Source of the DNA: an uncultured virus (IMG/VR IMGVR_UViG_3300029309_000012)
Taxonomy: Duplodnaviria; Heunggongvirae; Uroviricota; Caudoviricetes
DNA length: 64,000 nt
Reading direction: 5' to 3' (one strand)
IMG/VR virus record: IMGVR_UViG_3300029309_000012
Shown: positions 35,636-45,560 of the stretch, piece by piece
How the letters are laid out: each line of letters opens with the position of its first letter
Position numbering within the stretch: the stretch's first letter is position 1
The notes under the pieces: generated by a model
Told to the model about the DNA's origin: nothing
Seen by the model: only the letters and a program-made list of their open reading frames with translations
Databases searched by the model: none
Program-made: the position numbers and the translations under genes

Positions 35636-35952
35636 GGCTTTTTCATTTTCGCACCCGCGATACGGTCTGCTACTGTAGGTGCGGGATTATTATCGTAGCC
35701 TGCTTTTATACTCAACTTACCAAATGGTGTATCTCCACTAGCCATCGGCATCGGTGACATAGCGGACATAGCTGTCTGCTGCTGACGCTTACGCTGTGTG
35801 TTTTGCTGTGTCGGGCTTGCGGTCATCATACCACCAGCATACGCTTTCTTTCTTTTCTTCTTGGCGATGCCGCCGTGATGTAACATCGATTTACGTTTTG
35901 CGGCACCACCATACATCATGGCCTTGCGCTGGCCGTTGGTGTATGTTTTCAT
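35632..35952 (-). CDS. Small basic protein with xxxGG motifs
   Basis: 106 aa containing MMYGG, LHHGG and AYAGG. Confidence 0.65.
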   Translation of the reverse strand: MKTYTNGQRKAMMYGGAAKRKSMLHHGGIAKKKRKKAYAGGMMTASPTQQNTQRKRQQQTAMSAMSPMPMASGDTPFGKLSIKAGYDNNPAPTVADRIAGAKMKKP

Positions 35953-38900
35953 TAGCTTTGTCCTTCATCTTCAGGTTGTTGGAGTAAATCGTCGAGCATC
36001 TTTCTACCTTCTTCACCTAATTGACCAAGCTCGGAAATCAAAAAGTCAGTTACGAGATTGTCGAAAGTATCCAAGTCCGCCTTCGTCATATCCTTCGGGA
36101 ATTTAATCATACGAAGCATGATGTCCGCAGCTTCTTTGTTCCCCGCCGCGAGTTTCATCAGGTCGAGTCCGGCCTGTGAGGCGAGTGACACACCAAATTC
36201 TGCAGCTACGTACTGCGGCGAAACCATACCACGTGCGAGGTTGAACGCACGAGAGATAAGTTGATTGGTATTCATCGGGCGTACAATGTTGTCAATTTTC
36301 GGCTCGATTCCTTGCTGACGACTAACGTACGACATCTCCTCACTTAAAGTGTCGGCAATGTCAGTGATAAATTGTTGATGATCAGAGTCTATATATCGTC
36401 CGAGAATTGCCTTCACGTTGTCGCGTTCGAGAGCTTCAACTAACATTTCTGGCGTGTACAAGGCCATATTAGTAAATTCTTCGCCGTCGAGGCCAACACT
36501 TTTCTTGCCCTGCACCGGGGCAACTCCACCATAGTCCATCATACCACGCACCAAAAGGTATGTGATGCCCCGATCGAAGGCTTCTTCTGTGGCGTACGTG
36601 CGCTGTTTGCTGCCTACTTCTATGGTGTATCGATCACCTACTTTTGCGAGGACTTCAGCGCGAAGTTCTTCGATAGCATTAGCAGAGCCACCTACAACCA
36701 TTTTCTCAAAAAATTGACGGGGTGTGTTCTGTCCGATAAAGCGATTGATGAGCAACGCACCATCATTTTGAATAGCTGTATCACTGATAACTTTGCTACG
36801 AACGGCTTCGGACTGCTGGCCGACTCGGCGTTGATACTTTTCGTATTCTTCGAGTATTACCATGTCACTCGGATCGCCATCGCCTGAACGTGCTTTGTTG
36901 AGAATACTTGCAATCCCACGATCCTGTTCGAGCATATCATCGAGATCGACGAGTTTCATACGAACCGGACGATCCTTACCCGGAACTTTTACGAGTACGG
37001 TCAGAGCGTCCTGTACCTCATTGAGGTTCTCGATAGACTCCCAGTCGTACCCGCCGCCCTGAGTAGCAGCAAGAGGAGATGAGCGTTGTTGCAACTGTTT
37101 TGCAGCTTGCTTACCCCACTTGGCGTACACGACTTCTTCGAGCACGTTTTTGACGAGATTGAAATCCCGCTCTCCTACGTCGGTAGACAGGTCGAATACA
37201 AACTCTGCACCGCCCATACGGGATATGTCGCTAAACTCTTGGATGAACTGATCACGAACTTTTACGATAGAAGTCATAGCCACATCGTCACCGCGTAAGG
37301 CTTTTGAGATGCTTTCCGTGAAGGGATCGAAGGCTTCGAGAGGCGTAATATTTTTGTATGCGATTTGAAAGAGACGATCACTGATGACAGCCCCTTCTGG
37401 AATCTCTTCTCCGATAGCAATATCTTCGAGAAAATACGTTTCCTGTCCCTCACTGTCTTCGAGTTTTCCAACAGCTTTTACAGGACCGTCTTGCGATTTG
37501 TGAACTTTTCCGAGAGGACCGTTGACACGAAGTTTGTCAAACCACTCCGTTTGATATATCTGCTTCGCCCTATTCCACTCTGCAGACAACTCGGGAAGCT
37601 GATTTTTAATTAACTTTTCTACGTTACGACTATATCCGTCGTACATCGATGCTAATTCATCATCTCCAGTGCGAACGGCATAATCCCGAAACGCAGAGTA
37701 TACGTCCATGACTTCGCTCGGTGTTGCCTTGAACTCCGGACCCTCACCTCTCTTCATGTAGAAGAGCATAATATCGAGGGGATGTACATCTTCACCCAAG
37801 AAGTAATCGCCTGCGTTCGGATTCGTGTGGAGCTTACGAAGTTCATCGTACGTGTTGCCTTCTAAACTTTCTAGTGAACGCACGGCCATCTTGTTCGCAA
37901 CCGTGTACATCTGACGACCGAGCGTGCCCGTGAAGAATTTTGACTTTTTGCTGAAGAAGGCTTCAAGCGTACCCGCATCGTCCGGGGCGAACTCCATCAA
38001 GTCCAAGATCATGTTGTTGATAGTAACGGTTTTACCAGCTTTACGAGCCTTAGAATCTACCCCCACAAAACCGCGTTTGGCTTTGCGCTTCATGTTTTTG
38101 AGACGTTCCATCATCGACATCTCAAGATTACGTGCGGTCATCTTGAGGTGCTTGGTGTCGTTACGCCTGTATAGGGATATGTTCTCCATACGCTGCGCTA
38201 GTAACTCTGTGTTACGAGCGTATTGTTCGTCGAGCTTACCGAGCATAGCTACGTCGTCAACGAGGGTAGGAGCGAGAAGCTCTAGCTCCATGTCGTCGAG
38301 TCCTTCGAGCATACCCGGAGGAATCTCTGTATTCGGATCGACTAAGATGTTTTCACGGAAGGATGTAATCTGTTCGGAAAGAGCCGCCTTCTCTGTGTTG
38401 ACAAGGCGCGTCTGGGCTGTCTGTGCCGCTTGTAGAGAGCTAATGTAATTCTCCACCTCTTCTGGGTCGGCAATATCAGTGCGATTTGCAACCATCTCCC
38501 GTAGACGAGTAATCATCAGTGCCGTCTTTCCGGACTCGGCTTCCATCACCCGCAGGTACTTTTGTTGTGCGCTCAAGTTTTTCAAGCTACCTGCGTCACG
38601 TGCATCGACGCTAAAACGTGCAAGCCTGTTAGCAGCATTCATAAAGCCAATGCTGGATTGACGAGCAAAATCTGTTGCGACAATTTTTTCTATCTCCGGA
38701 CGCATATCTGGAGGAAACGACTCTACGATACGAGCCATACGATCTTGATGCTTTTGCATCGAAGTTACAACTTGATCAAGTCCGTCGTCATCGAGAGAGG
38801 TGGATACTCGTCCTACGTATGTGAGAGCCGTCTCAACCTCTCGGGGTAAGTCTTCACCGGTACGAGCCTTGTAAATATCGCGTACGTTTTGCATGTTACC

Positions 38901-40775
38901 GTCGCGAAGATAGCCTTTGATGCCGTTTACGCCGAGAGCGGTGAAAGGAATGTTAGCAATAGACTCAACTATACCGAGTCCCTTACCCACAATATCACCG
39001 CCTTGTTGATTTACCCAGTATGCGGCACTGCCTATACCCTTAACTGTAGGCTTACCAAACGCTATATACGCGAGGGCACCTACGCCTTCTGCAGCTAGGC
39101 GATCTCCTCCGAAAAAGTCACGCACGCCTTCATTCTCACCCATGTAATACATGACGACGGAGAGAGGAGCCGCTTCGATAAAGTTTTCTTTGATGTTGGG
39201 AAGAACACGGCCCGTTACTCCGGCACGGAATGCCATGCCGCCGAGACGATTATATTCAGCTTGGACTGTCCGATATTTTGCAGATAATTTATTGACACCA
39301 TCACTACGCATGTCACGCATCTGCTGAGACAGCACGTCACGCTCTTTGAGTATCTTGGTCAGATTTCCTGTAGCACGATCTACACCGAGAGCGTAGAGGG
39401 CACTCTTCTTGTTGAAGTTCGAAACCAAGCCTTCCATGCGCATGGCCTCACCAGCTTGTACGGTAGACATACCCCTGTACTTCGCAAAGAGTTCGATGTC
39501 GGCGTCTGTGGCGTCCGGCTTCGAGGCACGTTCTGCGAGGTCTTTGAGTTTCTTTTCTACACCTAAGATGTCCTTACGACCGGTCGCTGCCTTCATCTTA
39601 CCAGCACCGGCCATCATCAGAGATGCTTCAGCAAGTACCAAGCCGTATTGTTGTTTGTTGCTCAACTGATCGATGGACGTATTGAGAAGGACTTGTGCCA
39701 TCTCCTCAGTGACGTATGCGGGTTTCACAGTAACCGTGTTGCCCTCTGCATCTTTGTACGTTTGGGTAGTAAGTCGGTCGTACGTTTCTTGTTCGATTTC
39801 ACCGTTAGCGAGTTGCCGCTGAAGGTCCATCTCGACCATTTCGTTCATAACTTGCGAAAGCTGCTTGATACCGAGAGCGTCGGACGCTACGCCTTTCCAC
39901 CAGAGGCTAGCCTTTTCTCGATCAGGAGCCATTTTATTCCACTCGTCGATCCACTCCTTGCTGGTGTCAGAACCAGTTAAGAATGCACCGATGTTGGAAA
40001 TGCCCGTTTTAGTCGTAGCTTTTACTGCGTCCCAGCCATAGTTGACTGCAATGTCCGGAAGATACACACCCGTGCCAATTACGGTGCCTTCATACACCTT
40101 TTCGACGAGGGCATCCCAGAAGTCGCCTGACGAGATGTTGCGTACAAACACACGTTCGATTACGTTTTGATCGGCCTGTGGTAGTTGACTTCCATCGGGG
40201 TTAGTCATTCCGGAGAAGGAGTCACTTACGACACGGGCGATAGCCGCCTTACCCTCGAAGATGTTTTGCTGTACAGAAAGCAGTTCGGGGTTGGTGCGTG
40301 CTTCCTCTGTAGGAGCAAAAACGTACTCACCTTCTGCTATTTGCTGACCGAATTCTACAGGGGTGATATCGGGCTGCCCTGCCTTGTACATTTCAAAGGC
40401 ATTTTCTACACGTTCTTGCGCCGCTTGTTTGAACTCAGGTTCTATACCTTGTAAGTTCGGATCAGAAAGCTCGATATCATTCTGTAAATTTCCCTGCGGA
40501 ATCTGTGCAACTGTGGGAATATCACCAGATATGACTTTTGACTTGAATTCATCGAAAGTAAGCTGACGGGTTTGTTCCTCGACGCTTCGTTTCGCCATCT
40601 CTCCCGTCGTTTCGACGAGAGGCATACCCGTGATCGGGTCCGTTCCGACTTGGAAGCCTTTGTCTACTCCGGTAGTTTCTTCTTTGACGATACCGCCGCC
40701 TGTAATAACTTTTAGGGCTTTTGCACCTAGTTCAAGCGGATCAGGAATCGGTCCCTGTGGGATAGGTGTAGCCAT
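35952..40775 (-). CDS. Large internal virion (ejection) protein
   Basis: 1607 aa helical protein, last large gene of the internal-core cluster, SRAFNLARGMVSP motif. Confidence 0.7.
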   Translation of the reverse strand: MATPIPQGPIPDPLELGAKALKVITGGGIVKEETTGVDKGFQVGTDPITGMPLVETTGEMAKRSVEEQTRQLTFDEFKSKVISGDIPTVAQIPQGNLQNDIELSDPNLQGIEPEFKQAAQERVENAFEMYKAGQPDITPVEFGQQIAEGEYVFAPTEEARTNPELLSVQQNIFEGKAAIARVVSDSFSGMTNPDGSQLPQADQNVIERVFVRNISSGDFWDALVEKVYEGTVIGTGVYLPDIAVNYGWDAVKATTKTGISNIGAFLTGSDTSKEWIDEWNKMAPDREKASLWWKGVASDALGIKQLSQVMNEMVEMDLQRQLANGEIEQETYDRLTTQTYKDAEGNTVTVKPAYVTEEMAQVLLNTSIDQLSNKQQYGLVLAEASLMMAGAGKMKAATGRKDILGVEKKLKDLAERASKPDATDADIELFAKYRGMSTVQAGEAMRMEGLVSNFNKKSALYALGVDRATGNLTKILKERDVLSQQMRDMRSDGVNKLSAKYRTVQAEYNRLGGMAFRAGVTGRVLPNIKENFIEAAPLSVVMYYMGENEGVRDFFGGDRLAAEGVGALAYIAFGKPTVKGIGSAAYWVNQQGGDIVGKGLGIVESIANIPFTALGVNGIKGYLRDGNMQNVRDIYKARTGEDLPREVETALTYVGRVSTSLDDDGLDQVVTSMQKHQDRMARIVESFPPDMRPEIEKIVATDFARQSSIGFMNAANRLARFSVDARDAGSLKNLSAQQKYLRVMEAESGKTALMITRLREMVANRTDIADPEEVENYISSLQAAQTAQTRLVNTEKAALSEQITSFRENILVDPNTEIPPGMLEGLDDMELELLAPTLVDDVAMLGKLDEQYARNTELLAQRMENISLYRRNDTKHLKMTARNLEMSMMERLKNMKRKAKRGFVGVDSKARKAGKTVTINNMILDLMEFAPDDAGTLEAFFSKKSKFFTGTLGRQMYTVANKMAVRSLESLEGNTYDELRKLHTNPNAGDYFLGEDVHPLDIMLFYMKRGEGPEFKATPSEVMDVYSAFRDYAVRTGDDELASMYDGYSRNVEKLIKNQLPELSAEWNRAKQIYQTEWFDKLRVNGPLGKVHKSQDGPVKAVGKLEDSEGQETYFLEDIAIGEEIPEGAVISDRLFQIAYKNITPLEAFDPFTESISKALRGDDVAMTSIVKVRDQFIQEFSDISRMGGAEFVFDLSTDVGERDFNLVKNVLEEVVYAKWGKQAAKQLQQRSSPLAATQGGGYDWESIENLNEVQDALTVLVKVPGKDRPVRMKLVDLDDMLEQDRGIASILNKARSGDGDPSDMVILEEYEKYQRRVGQQSEAVRSKVISDTAIQNDGALLINRFIGQNTPRQFFEKMVVGGSANAIEELRAEVLAKVGDRYTIEVGSKQRTYATEEAFDRGITYLLVRGMMDYGGVAPVQGKKSVGLDGEEFTNMALYTPEMLVEALERDNVKAILGRYIDSDHQQFITDIADTLSEEMSYVSRQQGIEPKIDNIVRPMNTNQLISRAFNLARGMVSPQYVAAEFGVSLASQAGLDLMKLAAGNKEAADIMLRMIKFPKDMTKADLDTFDNLVTDFLISELGQLGEEGRKMLDDLLQQPEDEGQS

Positions 40776-42808
40776 TAAACACTTCCTGCTTGTGCTGCTT
40801 CGTATGCGTCAATCATCTTTTGATCTGTAATCGTAGCACCAGTTGTTTTATCAACATACTTACCGCTGGGGAGTTTCATTACTTTTGATGTGTCGAGCGG
40901 TGCAGGGGACGGAGGTGGCATAGCAGCGGAGACCGTTGCCACATTTCCGTTACGGTTGAGGAAGTCCACTGCGATTGCCGCATCTACAATCTTGTAGTCG
41001 TTTGCTGTGGCAGGACGATCATCAGAAGCGTACCGAGCAAAAACGGCGTACTGCTGCTGCTTCTTTTCAAACTCCCTGATCGATACTTGGAGGGCTGCTT
41101 GAGCCTGTCCGATAGTCTGGAAGTTTGAGCCGAGCTTGCGAAGCTGAAGTTCGATGTCTTGGTTCGACAGACGACCAGACGGGTCTGCGGCACGAGCCAT
41201 CTCGAACGCAAGAGAGATACGCATAGCTTCGAGTGCGGCTATTTTTTCGTCGGCAGCATTTGTTATACGTTCATTGAGATAATCTCGATATTCTGTTGTG
41301 AAACGCTCATCGTTCTCTAGGTTGAGAGACCCTTCACTAAACGGGTTGAGATCACGAATTGCATTGCCTAAAATACCTTTATCGAGATCAAAGTAGGCAA
41401 CCATCTTTCCCTTGAAGGCTTGATACGCCATGCTGTACTGGATTTCTTCGCCGTCATCTTCCCGCTTGCGGAAACCCTCGAACTCGTCATAAAGAGCTTG
41501 GAGACGCTCGGCAGTATTACGCAGAGTCTCCTGACCGTCCATGAACGTCTTGAAGTCTGCAGTGTCTGCTTTGTCACCGAATATCTTAGTGAGGATGTAT
41601 CCTTGAACAGTTTCGACATCCGTTTCGATGACTTCTTCCCCGAAGATAGCGGCTTGAGGTTTGTTCTTTCGACCGGGAAGGTGGGCAGCGAGGGCGTAGA
41701 CAGCCATCGTGAAGTCACCGCCTGTGATATCACGTACTTGTGATGCGATACGCTTGACGGCTGCTTCCGCTGTCCCACCGTCCATCATAGCCGGAAGGAG
41801 TTGCGGAGTTACGTTTTCGATACCATCGATACTCGTACCCATCTCAATAGACGCCTCTAGGGTGCGCTTCTTGTACGTGTTAGGGATACCGGCGAGGGTC
41901 ATATAATTGCTTGTCCACTGTTTGAACAAGAGGCGATCATCGTAGCCCAAGTTGGCAGCGATGGCGTTGTGCATCTCTGCGTCCATACCGGTGAGTCCGG
42001 AAATAATTAGGATTTTCTCTTCTGGCTCTCCGGTATCTGCGTTGACGCCCTTTACGACCGGACCCATAGAGTTGAATGGGCTGTCCGGAAACTGCTCGTT
42101 GTGAGCTACGATCTGAGCATCGAGATCGAAAAGAGCAGGATCAGTAGAGTGTGTTCCGCCCACCTCATCTACAATGTCATCACCGTATTTATCTTTGATG
42201 TAGTCGTCGAGGTAGTTCAAGCCCTTGTAGAGAACACCCGTGCCGCTAACATCTGGGGCACGACGCAAGCCTTTTGTTTCGTCAGTTTCGGCAGCGATAA
42301 CAGCACGACGCGCGGCGTTTACGGATGATGACAGAGTTCCGGCTTGTTGCTTGCTCAAACCGCCCATAACAGTTTCGAAGTCCGCGCTGTTTGCAAATCC
42401 AGCAACTTCAGAGAGCCACATGCGAGAGGTTGATGCGTCACCCTTCCATTCTGTATTCCATTCGATGCCGCCGAGCTTGTACTTATCTACTTCGTCATCA
42501 TCATCTACAGTTGACTTGAGAGAGCCGAGTAAGCTCGTCATTTCTTCATCAGAAAGAATGTCGTCACTGCGCGTACCAAAAAGGTCGATACCCCCACGAG
42601 CTTGCATCTGCTCTTCGGAGCTAGAAATCATCTTCTGAATTGCCTCTACGTTAGCGTTGTTAAAGTTGTCACCAACAGAAGATACAAGAATAGCATCTCT
42701 CAGCTTGTTAACACGCTCCCGTTCACTCGCACGTTTTTCGATCTCAAGCCCAATATTTTGAGTGAAACCTTGTACGAGTCCTGATGCAAGTGCGTAGCCA
42801 ATACCCAT
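40775..42808 (-). CDS. Internal virion protein
   Basis: 677 aa, G-rich hydrophobic N-terminus, DPSGRLSNQD motif. Confidence 0.65.
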   Translation of the reverse strand: MGIGYALASGLVQGFTQNIGLEIEKRASERERVNKLRDAILVSSVGDNFNNANVEAIQKMISSSEEQMQARGGIDLFGTRSDDILSDEEMTSLLGSLKSTVDDDDEVDKYKLGGIEWNTEWKGDASTSRMWLSEVAGFANSADFETVMGGLSKQQAGTLSSSVNAARRAVIAAETDETKGLRRAPDVSGTGVLYKGLNYLDDYIKDKYGDDIVDEVGGTHSTDPALFDLDAQIVAHNEQFPDSPFNSMGPVVKGVNADTGEPEEKILIISGLTGMDAEMHNAIAANLGYDDRLLFKQWTSNYMTLAGIPNTYKKRTLEASIEMGTSIDGIENVTPQLLPAMMDGGTAEAAVKRIASQVRDITGGDFTMAVYALAAHLPGRKNKPQAAIFGEEVIETDVETVQGYILTKIFGDKADTADFKTFMDGQETLRNTAERLQALYDEFEGFRKREDDGEEIQYSMAYQAFKGKMVAYFDLDKGILGNAIRDLNPFSEGSLNLENDERFTTEYRDYLNERITNAADEKIAALEAMRISLAFEMARAADPSGRLSNQDIELQLRKLGSNFQTIGQAQAALQVSIREFEKKQQQYAVFARYASDDRPATANDYKIVDAAIAVDFLNRNGNVATVSAAMPPPSPAPLDTSKVMKLPSGKYVDKTTGATITDQKMIDAYEAAQAGSV

Positions 42809-42811
42809 CGC

Positions 42812-43363
42812 TTACGGTTCCTTCTTCGTCATAGTCATAAAGTTTTCCTCGCGAGGAGGTTGAGGTGCCTCTCCACGACGGATACCCTCGTTAATCGTCT
42901 CGCTGACGTATGAGAACATAGCCGGATTGTTTTCCCGCATCATCGAGAAAAACGTACGATCATCCATTTCGTCTTCGGTCAGGGCGTCGTCATTCTCGAA
43001 CAAACGATAAGGTATGTTTTCATCCTCTGCTACGGACGCGATATACATAGCCAGCGGACCCTTGATCAGCAAGCCTACGTCTGGGGAGAAGCCGCCCTCC
43101 TGAAACGCCTGAAAAAGATATCCTTCGACGAGTGCCTCAACAGACGCGCCCACCATGAGGAGCTTCATCATTTCTTCGCGCACGTGTGGTACCTCTAAGG
43201 AGTCCACCGCCTTGCGGAGTACGGATTCCGGATCAACGTCTTCCTGTGGCTTTCCCCACGGCCAACGCTCATTGTCAGACGTGAGACCGTAGCCCGGAGG
43301 TGACATGGAAAACGGGTCTTTAGCTTCGATAGTGCCGCGTTGTGGGAGCATTTCTTCAGCCAT
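42812..43363 (-). CDS. Virion-associated hypothetical protein
   Basis: 183 aa, PPG..LT...WPWGKP motif. Confidence 0.65.
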   Translation of the reverse strand: MAEEMLPQRGTIEAKDPFSMSPPGYGLTSDNERWPWGKPQEDVDPESVLRKAVDSLEVPHVREEMMKLLMVGASVEALVEGYLFQAFQEGGFSPDVGLLIKGPLAMYIASVAEDENIPYRLFENDDALTEDEMDDRTFFSMMRENNPAMFSYVSETINEGIRRGEAPQPPREENFMTMTKKEP

Positions 43364-43365
43364 AG

Positions 43366-43815
43366 TTACCTTACCTTGATATCACCGGGTTGTTTAGTTG
43401 CTAGGGTACGTCGTCCGGGACGTGTTGTAATCGGAGTTGCGTATTTAGCAGCGAAGTCACGCATCTGTTGATTAGAGCTTTCGGTGAGCATACGACTCAC
43501 TGCAGAAGCTACCCGGGGATCAGATTGTACCATTCGCTGCACCGGGTCCATACGCATCGCACGAGTGGTGGGCTGACCCCGAGTCAACTCTGCAACGGAA
43601 CGGGGACGTGCCGCTTCGGGGGCCGTAAACGGTTGTACGCCCGACATGCCTTCCGGACCCTTCATCGCACCCATACTAACGAGAAAAGATTCGCCTAAAT
43701 TCATGCCCTGTTTACCGACGATGCTAGAGGCTGTTGATCCGGTTTGCTGTCCGCCGCTCATGCCGCCAGTGATTGCGGCGATACCGAGCGGTATAAGTGC
43801 AGTCAAAAGATTCAT
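43366..43815 (-). CDS. Probable internal virion protein
   Basis: 149 aa with a hydrophobic G-rich N-terminus. Confidence 0.6.
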   Translation of the reverse strand: MNLLTALIPLGIAAITGGMSGGQQTGSTASSIVGKQGMNLGESFLVSMGAMKGPEGMSGVQPFTAPEAARPRSVAELTRGQPTTRAMRMDPVQRMVQSDPRVASAVSRMLTESSNQQMRDFAAKYATPITTRPGRRTLATKQPGDIKVR

Positions 43816-43817
43816 AC

Positions 43818-45170
43818 TTACGATCCTCTATTTGCGTACCACAGAGCCAGCCAGTTGCCGATACCGGCAGCAAGCTGATCTTTTTGTTGTTGATTGTACA
43901 GCGACTTGGAGTTGGCAAACTCCATCGCCATTATACCGACCTCGTGTTGCCGCTGCAAGTACGATTCGTTTTTCTGGAAGTTCCACGCGGCGTTGTCACG
44001 GTACTTTTGCCACAAGTTGTTCAGGGCGTTTTGACTTGCGTTGAACAAGTTCTGAGCGTTGATACGGTTCGTTTCATTTTGCACGGCAGTATCGGCAGTG
44101 TTGACTTGTCTGCGCCACTGTACGTTTGACTGATCGACGGCAAACTGCATATTTGCGTTGAATTTTTCCCGGTTATCACGCATCGCAGCATTAAACTGAC
44201 TCTGTGCGTTGATTTCTCCCGCGTTAAACTGATCGACAGCGGCCTTTCGGTTCGAGTTTGCCGTCTCGACTTGTGATCCGAGTTCGGCAAAAAACTCTTC
44301 AACCTGTAGCTCGTTCTTTGCGTTGAACTGCTGACGTGCGTTTTCTTCGGCAGCATCCTTAAAGATAGCCTGTGTTAAAGCGTTGTACGAAAGCGTGTCC
44401 GCCTTCTGCTGAGAGTCGAGGTTCTTTGTTTCGGTGGCGAGGAGAAGCTGCGCGTTTGTTACGGCCCCCTGCAAACGGGCAGAGAGATTTGCCTTGTCCA
44501 TACCTGCTACTTGTGCGGCGTTAGCGAGAGCGGCTTGTTGTTCACTCTTCAAATTTTGTAGCTGGATCGTGGCGTACTTATTAGCGTCTTGTGTCGCGAT
44601 GACAATGCCCGACTCCATGACAGCCTGTGTCATAGCTGCTGCAGCCATCGACGAAGCACCCAAGCCCCGGGCTTGCATAATACCAGCAACCTTTCGGACA
44701 GCCGGGGCGGCAAACGCTGGCATAGGTTTACCTTCTTCGATACTATTAAGAAGCTCACCGAGTTGATATTGGACAGTAGCGCGTTCATCGAGTTCTGCTG
44801 TTGCGGCAGTCGCTATCGCACCCGGAGATAGCGTACCTTCAACTTGCGTCATGTCGATTTGTGGTGTGGCTTCGATCTGTGCCGCCTCCATCGCTCCGAC
44901 TTGAGGCGTAATCTGTTGTATCGGACCTATTTGTCCTAAATCTGTTGAAGCAGTAGGAGTTGTAACTTCGATACCTGTCGTAGGAGCGATGCCCGTCGGA
45001 GCTACAACTTGACCGGGAAGCTGCGTCCCGGTAATTGCTTGCATCTCTCCTTGTTGCACCGTCGGACGCACCACATCGACTTGAGGCACTCCCGCCTGTT
45101 GTCCGGCGGCGAGTGAGCCAATTTCGGTCATCAGGTCGGTATCTGTGGATATCTTATCTTGTTGAGCCAT
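43818..45170 (-). CDS. Internal virion protein (Q/A/N-rich coiled coil)
   Basis: 450 aa with repeated QFNA units. Confidence 0.65.
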   Translation of the reverse strand: MAQQDKISTDTDLMTEIGSLAAGQQAGVPQVDVVRPTVQQGEMQAITGTQLPGQVVAPTGIAPTTGIEVTTPTASTDLGQIGPIQQITPQVGAMEAAQIEATPQIDMTQVEGTLSPGAIATAATAELDERATVQYQLGELLNSIEEGKPMPAFAAPAVRKVAGIMQARGLGASSMAAAAMTQAVMESGIVIATQDANKYATIQLQNLKSEQQAALANAAQVAGMDKANLSARLQGAVTNAQLLLATETKNLDSQQKADTLSYNALTQAIFKDAAEENARQQFNAKNELQVEEFFAELGSQVETANSNRKAAVDQFNAGEINAQSQFNAAMRDNREKFNANMQFAVDQSNVQWRRQVNTADTAVQNETNRINAQNLFNASQNALNNLWQKYRDNAAWNFQKNESYLQRQHEVGIMAMEFANSKSLYNQQQKDQLAAGIGNWLALWYANRGS

Positions 45171-45172
45171 CT

Positions 45173-45373
45173 TTACCTAATTCCCATAAATACTGTGACG
45201 ACCATAGCCACAACTAAAATCGTACTGCCCATGATCATCGCTTCGAGACGCCACATGCGCTTGTCGAGGGCGTCGAGCTTTTCTTGGACAGCAGCATACC
45301 GGATGGCGCACTCCTTCTCGTGTGCCTCAAGTTCCATCTGTGTCTTGAGTACGGGTTCCATCGCCAGCTTCAT
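45173..45373 (-). CDS. Small coiled-coil plus TM protein
   Basis: HEKECAIRY...RLE followed by a C-terminal TM segment. Confidence 0.65.
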   Translation of the reverse strand: MKLAMEPVLKTQMELEAHEKECAIRYAAVQEKLDALDKRMWRLEAMIMGSTILVVAMVVTVFMGIR

Positions 45374-45555
45374 CAGTCGGCGTCGAGTATTGTCAAGTCA
45401 CCGGCTGCGACCTGTTTCATTATTTCGTCGTAGTGGCGGTTGCCGGTTGCGCCGTTCTTCACAGTATACGTCTTGCCATCAATGACGAATTTGATGTGAG
45501 TGTTGCCTGTTTTCCAACTATCTGGATTGTAATACTGTGCGCTAGTAATGTTCAT
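45373..45555 (-). CDS. Tail-fibre-associated small protein
   Basis: 60 aa, NRHYDEI...LTILDAD, follows the fibre gene. Confidence 0.6.
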   Translation of the reverse strand: MNITSAQYYNPDSWKTGNTHIKFVIDGKTYTVKNGATGNRHYDEIMKQVAAGDLTILDAD

Positions 45556-45560
45556 CCTGT

